Positions 23,257 to 31,366 of a DNA stretch of 32,104 nt are shown here, piece after piece. Under the pieces are notes generated by a model that was not told the origin of the DNA, searched no databases, and saw only the letters and a program-made list of their open reading frames with translations. Position 1 is the stretch's first letter; every line of letters starts with the position of its first letter. The position numbers and the translations under genes were made by a program. Source of the DNA: Candidatus Kerfeldbacteria bacterium (GTDB taxonomy: Bacteria; Patescibacteriota; Patescibacteriia; Veblenbacterales; UBA10138); assembly GCA_016217875.1 (NCBI GenBank), contig JACRFN010000080.1:1-32104 (forward strand). The letters run 5' to 3'.

Positions 23257-24786
23257 TTAGTTAACTAGTTTTACTATACCTGTTTCAGGAATTAATTCTA
23301 TCTTATCACCATCATGAAAAACTGACGTAGCGATTTTGGTACTAATAATGCAAGGTATTTTTAACTCGCGTGAAATAATGGCGGCATGACAAGTAAGCGC
23401 TCCTTCGTTAGTAACGATTCCCTTCACCTTGCGAAGTATAGGTACCATATCTGGTGAAGTCATCATGGTTACTAATATATCTCCCTGACGCACCTTGCGA
23501 ATTTCCTTAGCCGTCATTAAAATGCGCGCCGTGCCTTGAACATGACCATGGTAAACAGTCAAACCACTAACGTAGCTTTGTTTGCTAGCCGAGGTCTTAG
23601 GGAGCTCGCGCTTTATATATTGCCTAGCAGCTACTCCTGTCAGAACTGACTCTTTACCGTGCTTTAGAATAAGAACGGCCAGCTGATGACGGGCGTTGAT
23701 AACCGGCCGTGGTGGAAGTACACCTTTTTGTAAAAATAATCTTATTTCACGAGCAGTCAACACCATCAATTCTTTGTTTAGCAAACGTGCCCGACGTGCT
23801 ACTTCAGTATAAAGTTTTTGCAAACGATAATTGCCATAACCTTGCATATAGCCAAACTGTGTGCGAAGCGAAAGGTAAACCCCAAGATAGCCTAGCAAAC
23901 GCCTAATATGTAAAGGAGGGTTAACCTGCTTAATAAGGTCACGACGCCGCTGTTGGACACTATCTGACTGGTTTTTAATCTCGCGACGACGTACTAAATA
24001 CCTTTTACTAGTAGTCAAATTAATTAATCTGGTCAAGAAATCTTTTGGTGTCCAAGCGGGCCCCTCAATAAACACAGGTAACCAGCAATAATTTGAAATG
24101 TGTTTATTGAATTTTCTGGCAAAGGTCGGATAACGGTCGGCTAGCGTACCAATAAGCTTAGACTGTCGTTTTACTTTTTTAAGTAAAGGTAAAAGCCCGC
24201 GAGTTTTTACTACCCCGGCCGCCAGGTTAATCAATTGTTTTTCCTCTTTTATGCCCAGTGTTCCTCCTTGCGGCACAATAAGCTGGCTTAAGAATTGGTC
24301 TAGCAAATCATCAGTAAGCGCCTTACCAGACTTAGCCAGCTTTAGTTTAAGCCATCGTCTTACGTCTCGCGCCAAAGCATTACTTAGTACCCTGGTACTA
24401 ATAGGGCCATAAGCCGCAAATAGCTTATAAGTATTAACGGCCTGATTAAAAACAGCTAAAAGCTGACGATTTGTAAGTTGCCTGATTTTAAGACTGTCAA
24501 TAATACGACCCATCTGAACCAACAGCTGCTCACGAAGCTTAAATTGTCGCAAATTTTCCTTAACAAAGTGGTCACTATGAGAAACTTTACGCGCCAGATA
24601 GTCAGTGAGCATTTGCATCTCCGCGGCCAAACAATAGCCACCTCCTATACCAGGTTTGAATATCGCCATACGCTCTGTGTAGCCACGGCCAATAAGGCGC
24701 TTAAGATCATAAGACATCGACTCGTGATGAATCGAGCCTGATAGGACAGAGAAATTTCTAGTGCTCTTTTTCTCCCATTTGTCCAT
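23257..24786 (-). CDS. Phosphohistidine swivel domain protein, paralog F
   Basis: 509 aa. C-terminus GLTVYHGHVQGTARIL...GDILVTMMTSPDMVPILRKVKGIVTNEGALTCHAAIISRELKIPCIISTKIAT..GDKIELIPETG. Confidence 0.85.
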   Translation of the reverse strand: MDKWEKKSTRNFSVLSGSIHHESMSYDLKRLIGRGYTERMAIFKPGIGGGYCLAAEMQMLTDYLARKVSHSDHFVKENLRQFKLREQLLVQMGRIIDSLKIRQLTNRQLLAVFNQAVNTYKLFAAYGPISTRVLSNALARDVRRWLKLKLAKSGKALTDDLLDQFLSQLIVPQGGTLGIKEEKQLINLAAGVVKTRGLLPLLKKVKRQSKLIGTLADRYPTFARKFNKHISNYCWLPVFIEGPAWTPKDFLTRLINLTTSKRYLVRRREIKNQSDSVQQRRRDLIKQVNPPLHIRRLLGYLGVYLSLRTQFGYMQGYGNYRLQKLYTEVARRARLLNKELMVLTAREIRLFLQKGVLPPRPVINARHQLAVLILKHGKESVLTGVAARQYIKRELPKTSASKQSYVSGLTVYHGHVQGTARILMTAKEIRKVRQGDILVTMMTSPDMVPILRKVKGIVTNEGALTCHAAIISRELKIPCIISTKIATSVFHDGDKIELIPETGIVKLVN

Positions 24787-24828
24787 ATACTATACAATAT
24801 AACTCAATGTTTAAGTTGGCCGTGAACA

Positions 24829-26241
24829 CTATAGTTTTCTCACCTTTCCCTGCCTTAAGTCAAGTTCTACCTTATCCCCTGTTTTTAAAATTTTGCTGGC
24901 TGTTTTAGTGCCAATTATGCACGTAACGCCTAACTCGCGTGCGATAATGGCTGCATGGGAAGTAATGCCACCCTCATCTGTAACAATGGCAGACGCCCGA
25001 CGCATAATAGTAACGAAATCCGGCCTGGTCATGGTAGTTACTAAAATGCGTCCGGTTTTGAAGTTATCACGGTGCGGATCAAGTACTACCTGAACCACAC
25101 CTTTAAGTCTGCTCACCGGAGCCGAGGCTACCTGGCCTTTTATCTCGCTCCCCTGCTTTTTGAATATGGCCCGCCACAACCGCCCAGCAGATACGCCGGT
25201 AATAAACTCGTCGCGTACTCCATTATGTTCCCTAACAACTACATAAACGGAAAACTTCCTCCGCGCGGCGAGTGCTGACATTGTGGGTAGTACTCCGCGC
25301 TTTAATCCGGCTACAGCTTCCTCAGTTGTCATATACTTTACTTGCCACAGCGGACGCGATAGCCTGCGAGCTATAGCACGTGCATACGCTTCCAAGTACC
25401 AATTAACAATAAGCGCCGTGTGCTTACGCTGGTCTATCCAACCAGCCCACCAGCAAAGCAACCTAAATGCCGCGCGTAGATCGGTTGACAACTTATACTG
25501 CTGAAGTACCATTGACCGAAGCCCGGCTGCTCGTCTTACTTTCGTGCCTAAACTCCTCAACTCCTGTTGTAACTCACGCTTAGATTTATTTTGGCATAAG
25601 TGTCGCAACTGTTGCCACACAGTACCCGAATTAAACGGGCGGCCCTCTCGGTAGTTCGATAACAGCCAAAGGTAGTGATTTGCGAATGATGCTATTCGTT
25701 CTTTAAACTCAGACGACACCTTATGTAAAGATGCAGTCTTTCTCACCGAGCCGTACCCACGAATAGCTAACCTTAATAGCGCTTGATGCTGTTCCTCCAT
25801 AAAGCTAAGCTGCTTGGGCGCAGATAAGGCAATAGCGATATCGTTCAACTGTTCAGTAGTAAGTTTGGGTAGTTCGCGTTTTAACAAACCCGGCAGCTCT
25901 TTAGTACCAAAAACGTCAGAGCTTTCCTGAACCCAGGTATATCGCCAGTGATCACGTACTAAATCACTGAAATGCTTAAATGAATGTGCCAGTTCAAAAT
26001 TTTTTAACTTGGGCGCAATCTGCACAAAAGCCCTACCCCACCGTTCTATGGCCGTAGCTACCCTCTTCCAGGCGTTGTACCTGCTAGTTTGATATGACCA
26101 GTTTTGGTTTGAGCGCCGTAGCACGTGATGCCAGACCTTCAGCTTTTGGCTCTCCGGAGTTTCCTCGTAGACAAAATCCTTTTTGAAAAAACAAAAGATG
26201 ATATTGGGTAGCTTAGGATGCCAATATCGTGACTGTTCCAC
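24829..26241 (-). CDS. Phosphohistidine swivel domain protein, paralog E
   Basis: 470 aa from a GTG start. C-terminus GQVASAPVSRLKGVVQVV...GRILVTTMTRPDFVTIMRRASAIVTDEGGITSHAAIIARELGVTCIIGTKTAS..GDKVELDLRQG. N-domain motifs HYLWLLSNY and GWIDQRK. Confidence 0.85.
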   Translation of the reverse strand: MEQSRYWHPKLPNIIFCFFKKDFVYEETPESQKLKVWHHVLRRSNQNWSYQTSRYNAWKRVATAIERWGRAFVQIAPKLKNFELAHSFKHFSDLVRDHWRYTWVQESSDVFGTKELPGLLKRELPKLTTEQLNDIAIALSAPKQLSFMEEQHQALLRLAIRGYGSVRKTASLHKVSSEFKERIASFANHYLWLLSNYREGRPFNSGTVWQQLRHLCQNKSKRELQQELRSLGTKVRRAAGLRSMVLQQYKLSTDLRAAFRLLCWWAGWIDQRKHTALIVNWYLEAYARAIARRLSRPLWQVKYMTTEEAVAGLKRGVLPTMSALAARRKFSVYVVVREHNGVRDEFITGVSAGRLWRAIFKKQGSEIKGQVASAPVSRLKGVVQVVLDPHRDNFKTGRILVTTMTRPDFVTIMRRASAIVTDEGGITSHAAIIARELGVTCIIGTKTASKILKTGDKVELDLRQGKVRKL

Positions 26242-26336
26242 AAATTACCGCATCCACTGACAAAAAAGCGGCACACCAGGACACCCCTCACTCCACCAAG
26301 TATCCCGTTTCACGCTTTTTACCAATTCTGTAACTT

Positions 26337-27785
26337 TCATAGCTTTGTCACCAACCCTTTTATAGCATCCACCCTTACCCTATCCCCTGTTCTTAGTACC
26401 TGGGTGGCTATTTCGGTACCCACCACACAAGGAATACCGAGCTCGCGTGAAACTATAGCGGCGTGCGAAGTAATTCCACCAACATCAGTTACCACAGCCG
26501 CTGCCTTACGCATAGCCACAATAAAATCAGGTGAAGTCATAGTGGTGACTAAAATATCACCTGACTTCATTTTACCCGCCTCTTTAGGTGAAAGAATAAT
26601 ACTAACACGGCCCACCACCAGACCAGAGCTTACTACCTGTCCCCTAAGCTCAATTTCCTTTGCCGACCTGGTCTTGACTTGATACTTATCAAATATTATG
26701 CGAGCCTTATCCCCAAAAACATAGCGAGTCGGCTTCTTAGGGTCCCATATGACCACAAAATAACGTTTCCGCTGTGTTATTTCACTTACAGATACCTTAA
26801 TTTTGTTTTGCGCTAACTGAATAACATCGCGGAACGTATAATAATGCAAGTCACCAAAATTAACTTTATACCTTCTGGACAACTCCCGTAAAATGACGTC
26901 AATAACATGATTGGCTTGAAAAATGTAAGATTTTCTACTGTCTTGCCACCAAATGCAAAATGCCAGTCTTCGCGCGATTTTGAGGGTTGTTTTGCCTAGA
27001 CTCAATTTTTTTACCAACCCTTCTTTAGCCAGCCGGGAGGAACGAATTGAACCGGCAACACTTCGTAACTTACGACGTGCCTCTTCTTGGCGAGACAGAC
27101 CCAAGAGCCGCTTTTTAAAATACGATAGCGGCAGCACGCGCGTATTGTGATAGCTATTCAGCAACCAATAGTACCGCTGTTGGTGTTCTATCAGCTTACG
27201 TGCTAGAAGCCGCTTATCCTTAATTGCCCGTAAGCGCCATAAATCGCATTCCTCTTGTTGGTAAAATGACAATTGTTCAGGCGCCGACAACTTTTCTATA
27301 ATAGCTACTTCATCCTGCTGACGGACTAATTTACGTTCAATGCCTTTTTTAAGCAACAATTCGCCTCCAAAACTGGCTATCTCAGGAAGCAGCCCTACCC
27401 CCCAAAACCTGCGACTGTAAAAATTGTACCAATTATAAACGGTGGAATATAACTTCTGATTCGTAAGTGACCTAAGATAAGACGGCTGTAGGCGACTATT
27501 TAAAGAAACAAAATTTTTTACAATACTTTGCCACACTTGATATGACTTTCTAAACGCTACATCATGTAATATAAACCGTGTAAATACCTTTTCCGCGTGA
27601 GAATACAAATCACTGTGATCAGTAAGGTAAGTAAATCTGTCACTAACATACGATATTAGGCTCAACGGCCAGCCTGGGGAAAATAGCGCCCTATTAGCCG
27701 ACAGTCCTTCGTACCAAGGGTCGGGATATATGGGCCGGCCGTCTATCGGCCCCCAGCGCCATAATTTTCTTTTGGGATTAATCAT
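26337..27785 (-). CDS. Phosphohistidine swivel domain protein, paralog D
   Basis: 482 aa. C-terminus GQVVSSGLVVGRVSII...GDILVTTMTSPDFIVAMRKAAAVVTDVGGITSHAAIVSRELGIPCVVGTEIAT..GDRVRVDAIKG. N-domain motifs QQRYYWLLNSY and WWQDSRK. 8-nt ATGATTAA overlap with the HAD-like stop. Confidence 0.85.
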   Translation of the reverse strand: MINPKRKLWRWGPIDGRPIYPDPWYEGLSANRALFSPGWPLSLISYVSDRFTYLTDHSDLYSHAEKVFTRFILHDVAFRKSYQVWQSIVKNFVSLNSRLQPSYLRSLTNQKLYSTVYNWYNFYSRRFWGVGLLPEIASFGGELLLKKGIERKLVRQQDEVAIIEKLSAPEQLSFYQQEECDLWRLRAIKDKRLLARKLIEHQQRYYWLLNSYHNTRVLPLSYFKKRLLGLSRQEEARRKLRSVAGSIRSSRLAKEGLVKKLSLGKTTLKIARRLAFCIWWQDSRKSYIFQANHVIDVILRELSRRYKVNFGDLHYYTFRDVIQLAQNKIKVSVSEITQRKRYFVVIWDPKKPTRYVFGDKARIIFDKYQVKTRSAKEIELRGQVVSSGLVVGRVSIILSPKEAGKMKSGDILVTTMTSPDFIVAMRKAAAVVTDVGGITSHAAIVSRELGIPCVVGTEIATQVLRTGDRVRVDAIKGLVTKL

Positions 27786-28428
27786 GGTGATTCAATAAAT
27801 ACTCCTCACTATCCCTCAATTGCCCCAGATCACCTATTTTATAATAATCATCAGAAATCTTCTCGAGTGGACTATTATTATTACTTAAATTATAAACTCT
27901 AAACTTAAATTTAGCTGATAGATTTAAGCACTTCCTAGCGGCCTTTATAAAAAACTGGCAATTAGCTGACTTGTCGTCAGTATAAACTACGGCATCAAAT
28001 CCTTGCTTTATTTTTTTACTAATTAAATCAACCAACATGGCTTTTGTTTTCACATTGGTATTGCCATAATCAAAAGTGCTGCAAATTTCCGCAATGTATG
28101 GCCTGACATCAAAGCCGTATTTGTTTTGTAATTGTACTGCCCGCCAATCTATTTGTTCTTTATTACCGGTAGTAAATACTCCATTATTTTTTGTCCAACT
28201 TAATACTTCCTTAAAACCGTCGGCAATCGATAAATTATATAAGCCTTCTTTATAAGGCTTCTCATAAGCTAACTCATACTCTAAAGGTGTCACGCTAACC
28301 AGTGGCTTTTGGTACAAATTAATAACATAATCATCATAAGTATCAAAACCAGATAATTTTTTGTTCCACTTTTCAATAAAAAGAGTATCGGCTAGATCCC
28401 AGAGATAAAAAATTTTAATAATAGGCAT
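27778..28428 (-). CDS. HAD-superfamily-like hydrolase with atypical motif I
   Basis: 216 aa. IFYLWDLADTLF (motif I-like, DLADT instead of DxDxT), GVFTTGNKE (motif II Thr), and a later Lys plus VVYTDDKSAN (motif IV DD). Confidence 0.45.
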   Translation of the reverse strand: MPIIKIFYLWDLADTLFIEKWNKKLSGFDTYDDYVINLYQKPLVSVTPLEYELAYEKPYKEGLYNLSIADGFKEVLSWTKNNGVFTTGNKEQIDWRAVQLQNKYGFDVRPYIAEICSTFDYGNTNVKTKAMLVDLISKKIKQGFDAVVYTDDKSANCQFFIKAARKCLNLSAKFKFRVYNLSNNNSPLEKISDDYYKIGDLGQLRDSEEYLLNHHD

Positions 28429-28429
28429 A

Positions 28430-29866
28430 TTAATTATGCTTTAATACCGTCACTACCCCATGATTAGCATTAACTTCCACATAGTCACCGTTCTTCAAAG
28501 CTTTAGTGGCAATTTTTGTACCAATAATGCAAGGAATGGCTAACTCGCGGCTAATAATAGCTGCGTGACAAGTAACACCGCCCTCATCAGTCACAATCGC
28601 CGCGGCTTTTTTCATAGCTGACAAATATTCCGGGCGTGTCATAGAAGCAACCATAATATCTCCTTGTTTGATGGCGGCGATGTCTTTTAAGAATCTACAA
28701 ATTTTTACCACGCCCATGACTCGCCCACTGTTGGCTACCATACCCTCTATAGTCAAAACCACTGAATCTATACGTGCTCTAACTGAATGATAAAATTTTT
28801 CTAACAATTTAAATTCATGACCGCTTACTAAAATTTCCTTTTTGTAACTAATCCAATCAAAACAACCCTGGCGCCGCTCAACTAAAATCGGCCGGAGTTT
28901 TTTCAGCTCACTCAAATCCTTCAGCTTTAATAATTCAAAAGCTGCCAGGTACTGAAGATTAACTACTGGCATTGATAACCGCCGACTAATCTCGTTAATT
29001 ATTATCTGAGTATGATAAATTGCTTTAAAAATATTAACCTTTCTTTGGTCTTGCCAGTCGGCTACCTCCACTATTAATTTGACGCATTTATTTAACTGCT
29101 TATCTCGGCGCGACAAAAAATTATTTACTGTTGGTTTAAGAATTTTCTTTTGCTTGGATAACTGCCTAAGTCGGTAAAGTAAATACTTAGCATCAACCGT
29201 CTTTGAGCCAGTGTAATTGGTTCTAAACCAATAATATTTACTAACATGCTGTTCCAACCGCTGTTCTAAAAGCTTTCCCTTGAATCTACCTAATCTTTTT
29301 AGCTCAACCTCTTCCCGATTTATAAACGATGGTTTATAAAAATTCGCCAAACCTTGCATCTTTTTATTAACCTCAGCTGTTGAGTATTGTTTTTCTAAAT
29401 ATTTTTTTAAATCAGTTTCTAAACCAATACTGACAATTTCAATGACGTGTGATAAATCGATTGATTCCATCAAACTATGTCCAGCCTTGATAAACCAACT
29501 CAACAGCTGCTGATCACTAAGATTTTTTATGTCGGATGATCTTATTATTTCAAACCAGGGTTCATAAGCGCTAAATATTCTATTGTACTGCCGCCTAATT
29601 TTAATTAAATAGGAAAAACTATCATACATCCGTCGTTTCATGATACGCCATAGTTTAGCAAAATCAGCTGCATCATAACTCCCTTCGGCGTAATTATTTT
29701 TGTAATAAAACAAATAGGGCGAATAATTGAAACCCAAATACTTTTTCATGCGATACCCGCTGGCCGCAGCGGTCGTCAAATATAAAGGCACGGCATTAAG
29801 CCCTTGAGTTAACCAGGATTTTTTAAATAACTTTTTAAAAAAATCTATTCTCGTCTTTGAGTTCAT
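28430..29866 (-). CDS. Phosphohistidine swivel domain protein, paralog C
   Basis: 478 aa. C-terminus GMVANSGRVMGVVKIC...GDIMVASMTRPEYLSAMKKAAAIVTDEGGVTCHAAIISRELAIPCIIGTKIAT..GDYVEVNANHGVVTVLK. N-domain motifs KYYWFRTNY and DWQDQRK. AT-rich gene. Confidence 0.85.
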   Translation of the reverse strand: MNSKTRIDFFKKLFKKSWLTQGLNAVPLYLTTAAASGYRMKKYLGFNYSPYLFYYKNNYAEGSYDAADFAKLWRIMKRRMYDSFSYLIKIRRQYNRIFSAYEPWFEIIRSSDIKNLSDQQLLSWFIKAGHSLMESIDLSHVIEIVSIGLETDLKKYLEKQYSTAEVNKKMQGLANFYKPSFINREEVELKRLGRFKGKLLEQRLEQHVSKYYWFRTNYTGSKTVDAKYLLYRLRQLSKQKKILKPTVNNFLSRRDKQLNKCVKLIVEVADWQDQRKVNIFKAIYHTQIIINEISRRLSMPVVNLQYLAAFELLKLKDLSELKKLRPILVERRQGCFDWISYKKEILVSGHEFKLLEKFYHSVRARIDSVVLTIEGMVANSGRVMGVVKICRFLKDIAAIKQGDIMVASMTRPEYLSAMKKAAAIVTDEGGVTCHAAIISRELAIPCIIGTKIATKALKNGDYVEVNANHGVVTVLKHN

Positions 29867-29867
29867 A

Positions 29868-31364
29868 CTATTTTCGCTTTAATACAGTCACTACCCCATG
29901 ATTAGCATTCACCTCCACAATATCACCATCTTTTAACACCTCGGTGGCAATCTTGGTACCTATAATACAGGGGATACCGAGTTCGCGTGAGACAATAGCG
30001 GCGTGGCAGGTTATTCCTCCTTCATTGGTCACAATGGCGGCCGCCTTTTTTATTCCCATAATGTAATCCGGCCGTGTCATAACCGCCACCAAAATATCGC
30101 CTGGTTGTATCTTTCCTACCTCACGTACTGAATTCAATACCTTTACCGGGCCGACAACACGACCAACCGAAGCTGATAAACCGCGAATATCGCGGACCTC
30201 GTCGCTGTGCTTTTGGGGGAACATCAATATACGCAAGCGCTCTACCTCACGCCTGGTAGCAACGTAGTAACCGCCGCGCCACACTACAAAAGCGCAGTTT
30301 TGTCTTCGTTGTCTGAGCTCTAACTGCGCAGGCTTCCCATGCTCAAACCAATACTCAACCTCACTGGGTAAGAGATACTTAGTAAACTCAGGGTCCAGCC
30401 CACGACGCCGCGCCATGGCGCCCAAGATTTGCGTACCCAAGTGGATGTTTAAAAAAGTTGATCTCTTGCGCTCATCCTGCCACCAAGTAAAGTCCTCAGA
30501 TATCTTGAGTAACGTACGTAAAAAGCGTGAAAATTTATACTTCTTAAAAATTACTGTCTTGCGCTTGGCATTGGTACGCGACGCATCACGAAGCTGTTGA
30601 TACTTAAGACGCAGATTGGCTCCCGACTGCTTCCATAACGTGATTTCCTTCCTGAAGTATCCAACGCTCAGTACCTTCGCTGTTATGTAGTTATTTTTAA
30701 TCCAAAAGTATCTCTGCTGATAGCGCTCAAGCTCCTGCCGGCTAACACGCGGTTTGAGCGCGAGCTTAAGCAGCTCCATTTCGGCCTCATTAATGAACGA
30801 CTGTCGTACCGGCGCCGTAGCAACGCTAAATATCTCGGTGAAATTGGACTCCTTGCTTAATTTACCGACTTCTTGGCGTAATATGGCGGCAATATGCTCG
30901 TCAGTGCCCAGGGCGAAATGATCAATGATGGCCGAAGAGGTAACCCGACGGCGAAATAACTGCCGGTAATGTAAATAGAAGGCTAGGAGTTCTTGGTCGC
31001 TCAAACGCTTCAAAATAGCGGCATTGAAAGTATTAAAGAAGTGCTGGAAAGCCATTTCATCCTTACGCCAGGCACGCAAAAGCTTGGTGCTGATACGAAG
31101 GTCGCCCTTGGCCAACCGCAACATTACCGTCGAGCCACGCTTGATGTCGGCCATATCAAGGTACCAATCACCCTTGCCACTCGGTGTAAAAAAGCTGACG
31201 CGGACATCGGCCTCGGTGCCTTTTGGCTTGCGCGGCTCACGGTCAATTTCCGCCTCGGCTACGGCGTACAAGTACATGGGCGAGCCGTCAAAACGCTGGT
31301 GGTACCACTGATGCCCCTTTGCCAGCTTTACGACTTTCCGCGGTATGGTAGAGGTTTGGGGCAT
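29868..31364 (-). CDS. Phosphohistidine swivel domain protein, paralog B
   Basis: 498 aa. C-terminus GLSASVGRVVGPVKVL...GDILVAVMTRPDYIMGIKKAAAIVTNEGGITCHAAIVSRELGIPCIIGTKIAT..GDIVEVNANHGVVTVLK. N-domain motifs QQRYFWIKNNY and WWQDERK. Confidence 0.85.
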   Translation of the reverse strand: MPQTSTIPRKVVKLAKGHQWYHQRFDGSPMYLYAVAEAEIDREPRKPKGTEADVRVSFFTPSGKGDWYLDMADIKRGSTVMLRLAKGDLRISTKLLRAWRKDEMAFQHFFNTFNAAILKRLSDQELLAFYLHYRQLFRRRVTSSAIIDHFALGTDEHIAAILRQEVGKLSKESNFTEIFSVATAPVRQSFINEAEMELLKLALKPRVSRQELERYQQRYFWIKNNYITAKVLSVGYFRKEITLWKQSGANLRLKYQQLRDASRTNAKRKTVIFKKYKFSRFLRTLLKISEDFTWWQDERKRSTFLNIHLGTQILGAMARRRGLDPEFTKYLLPSEVEYWFEHGKPAQLELRQRRQNCAFVVWRGGYYVATRREVERLRILMFPQKHSDEVRDIRGLSASVGRVVGPVKVLNSVREVGKIQPGDILVAVMTRPDYIMGIKKAAAIVTNEGGITCHAAIVSRELGIPCIIGTKIATEVLKDGDIVEVNANHGVVTVLKRK

Positions 31365-31366
31365 AA

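Noticed and set aside
26242-26336. 95-nt intergenic gap between paralogs D and E, examined for a terminator, promoter or small RNA
   Set aside because: Only a weak AAAAAGCG...CGCTTTTTT closure (8 bp, mostly A-U) around an unpaired interior of about 44 nt. No convincing -35/-10 pair, and too short and unstructured for a tRNA.
19299-26682. A 'family' of similar plus-strand ORFs (19299-19640, 24893-25093, 26404-26682) with related peptides such as ..LVPIM....SRA...AW.V.PPSSVT..
   Set aside because: They lie exactly antisense to the conserved swivel domains. Their similarity is a mirror image of sense-strand conservation, and they have no independent start or RBS context.
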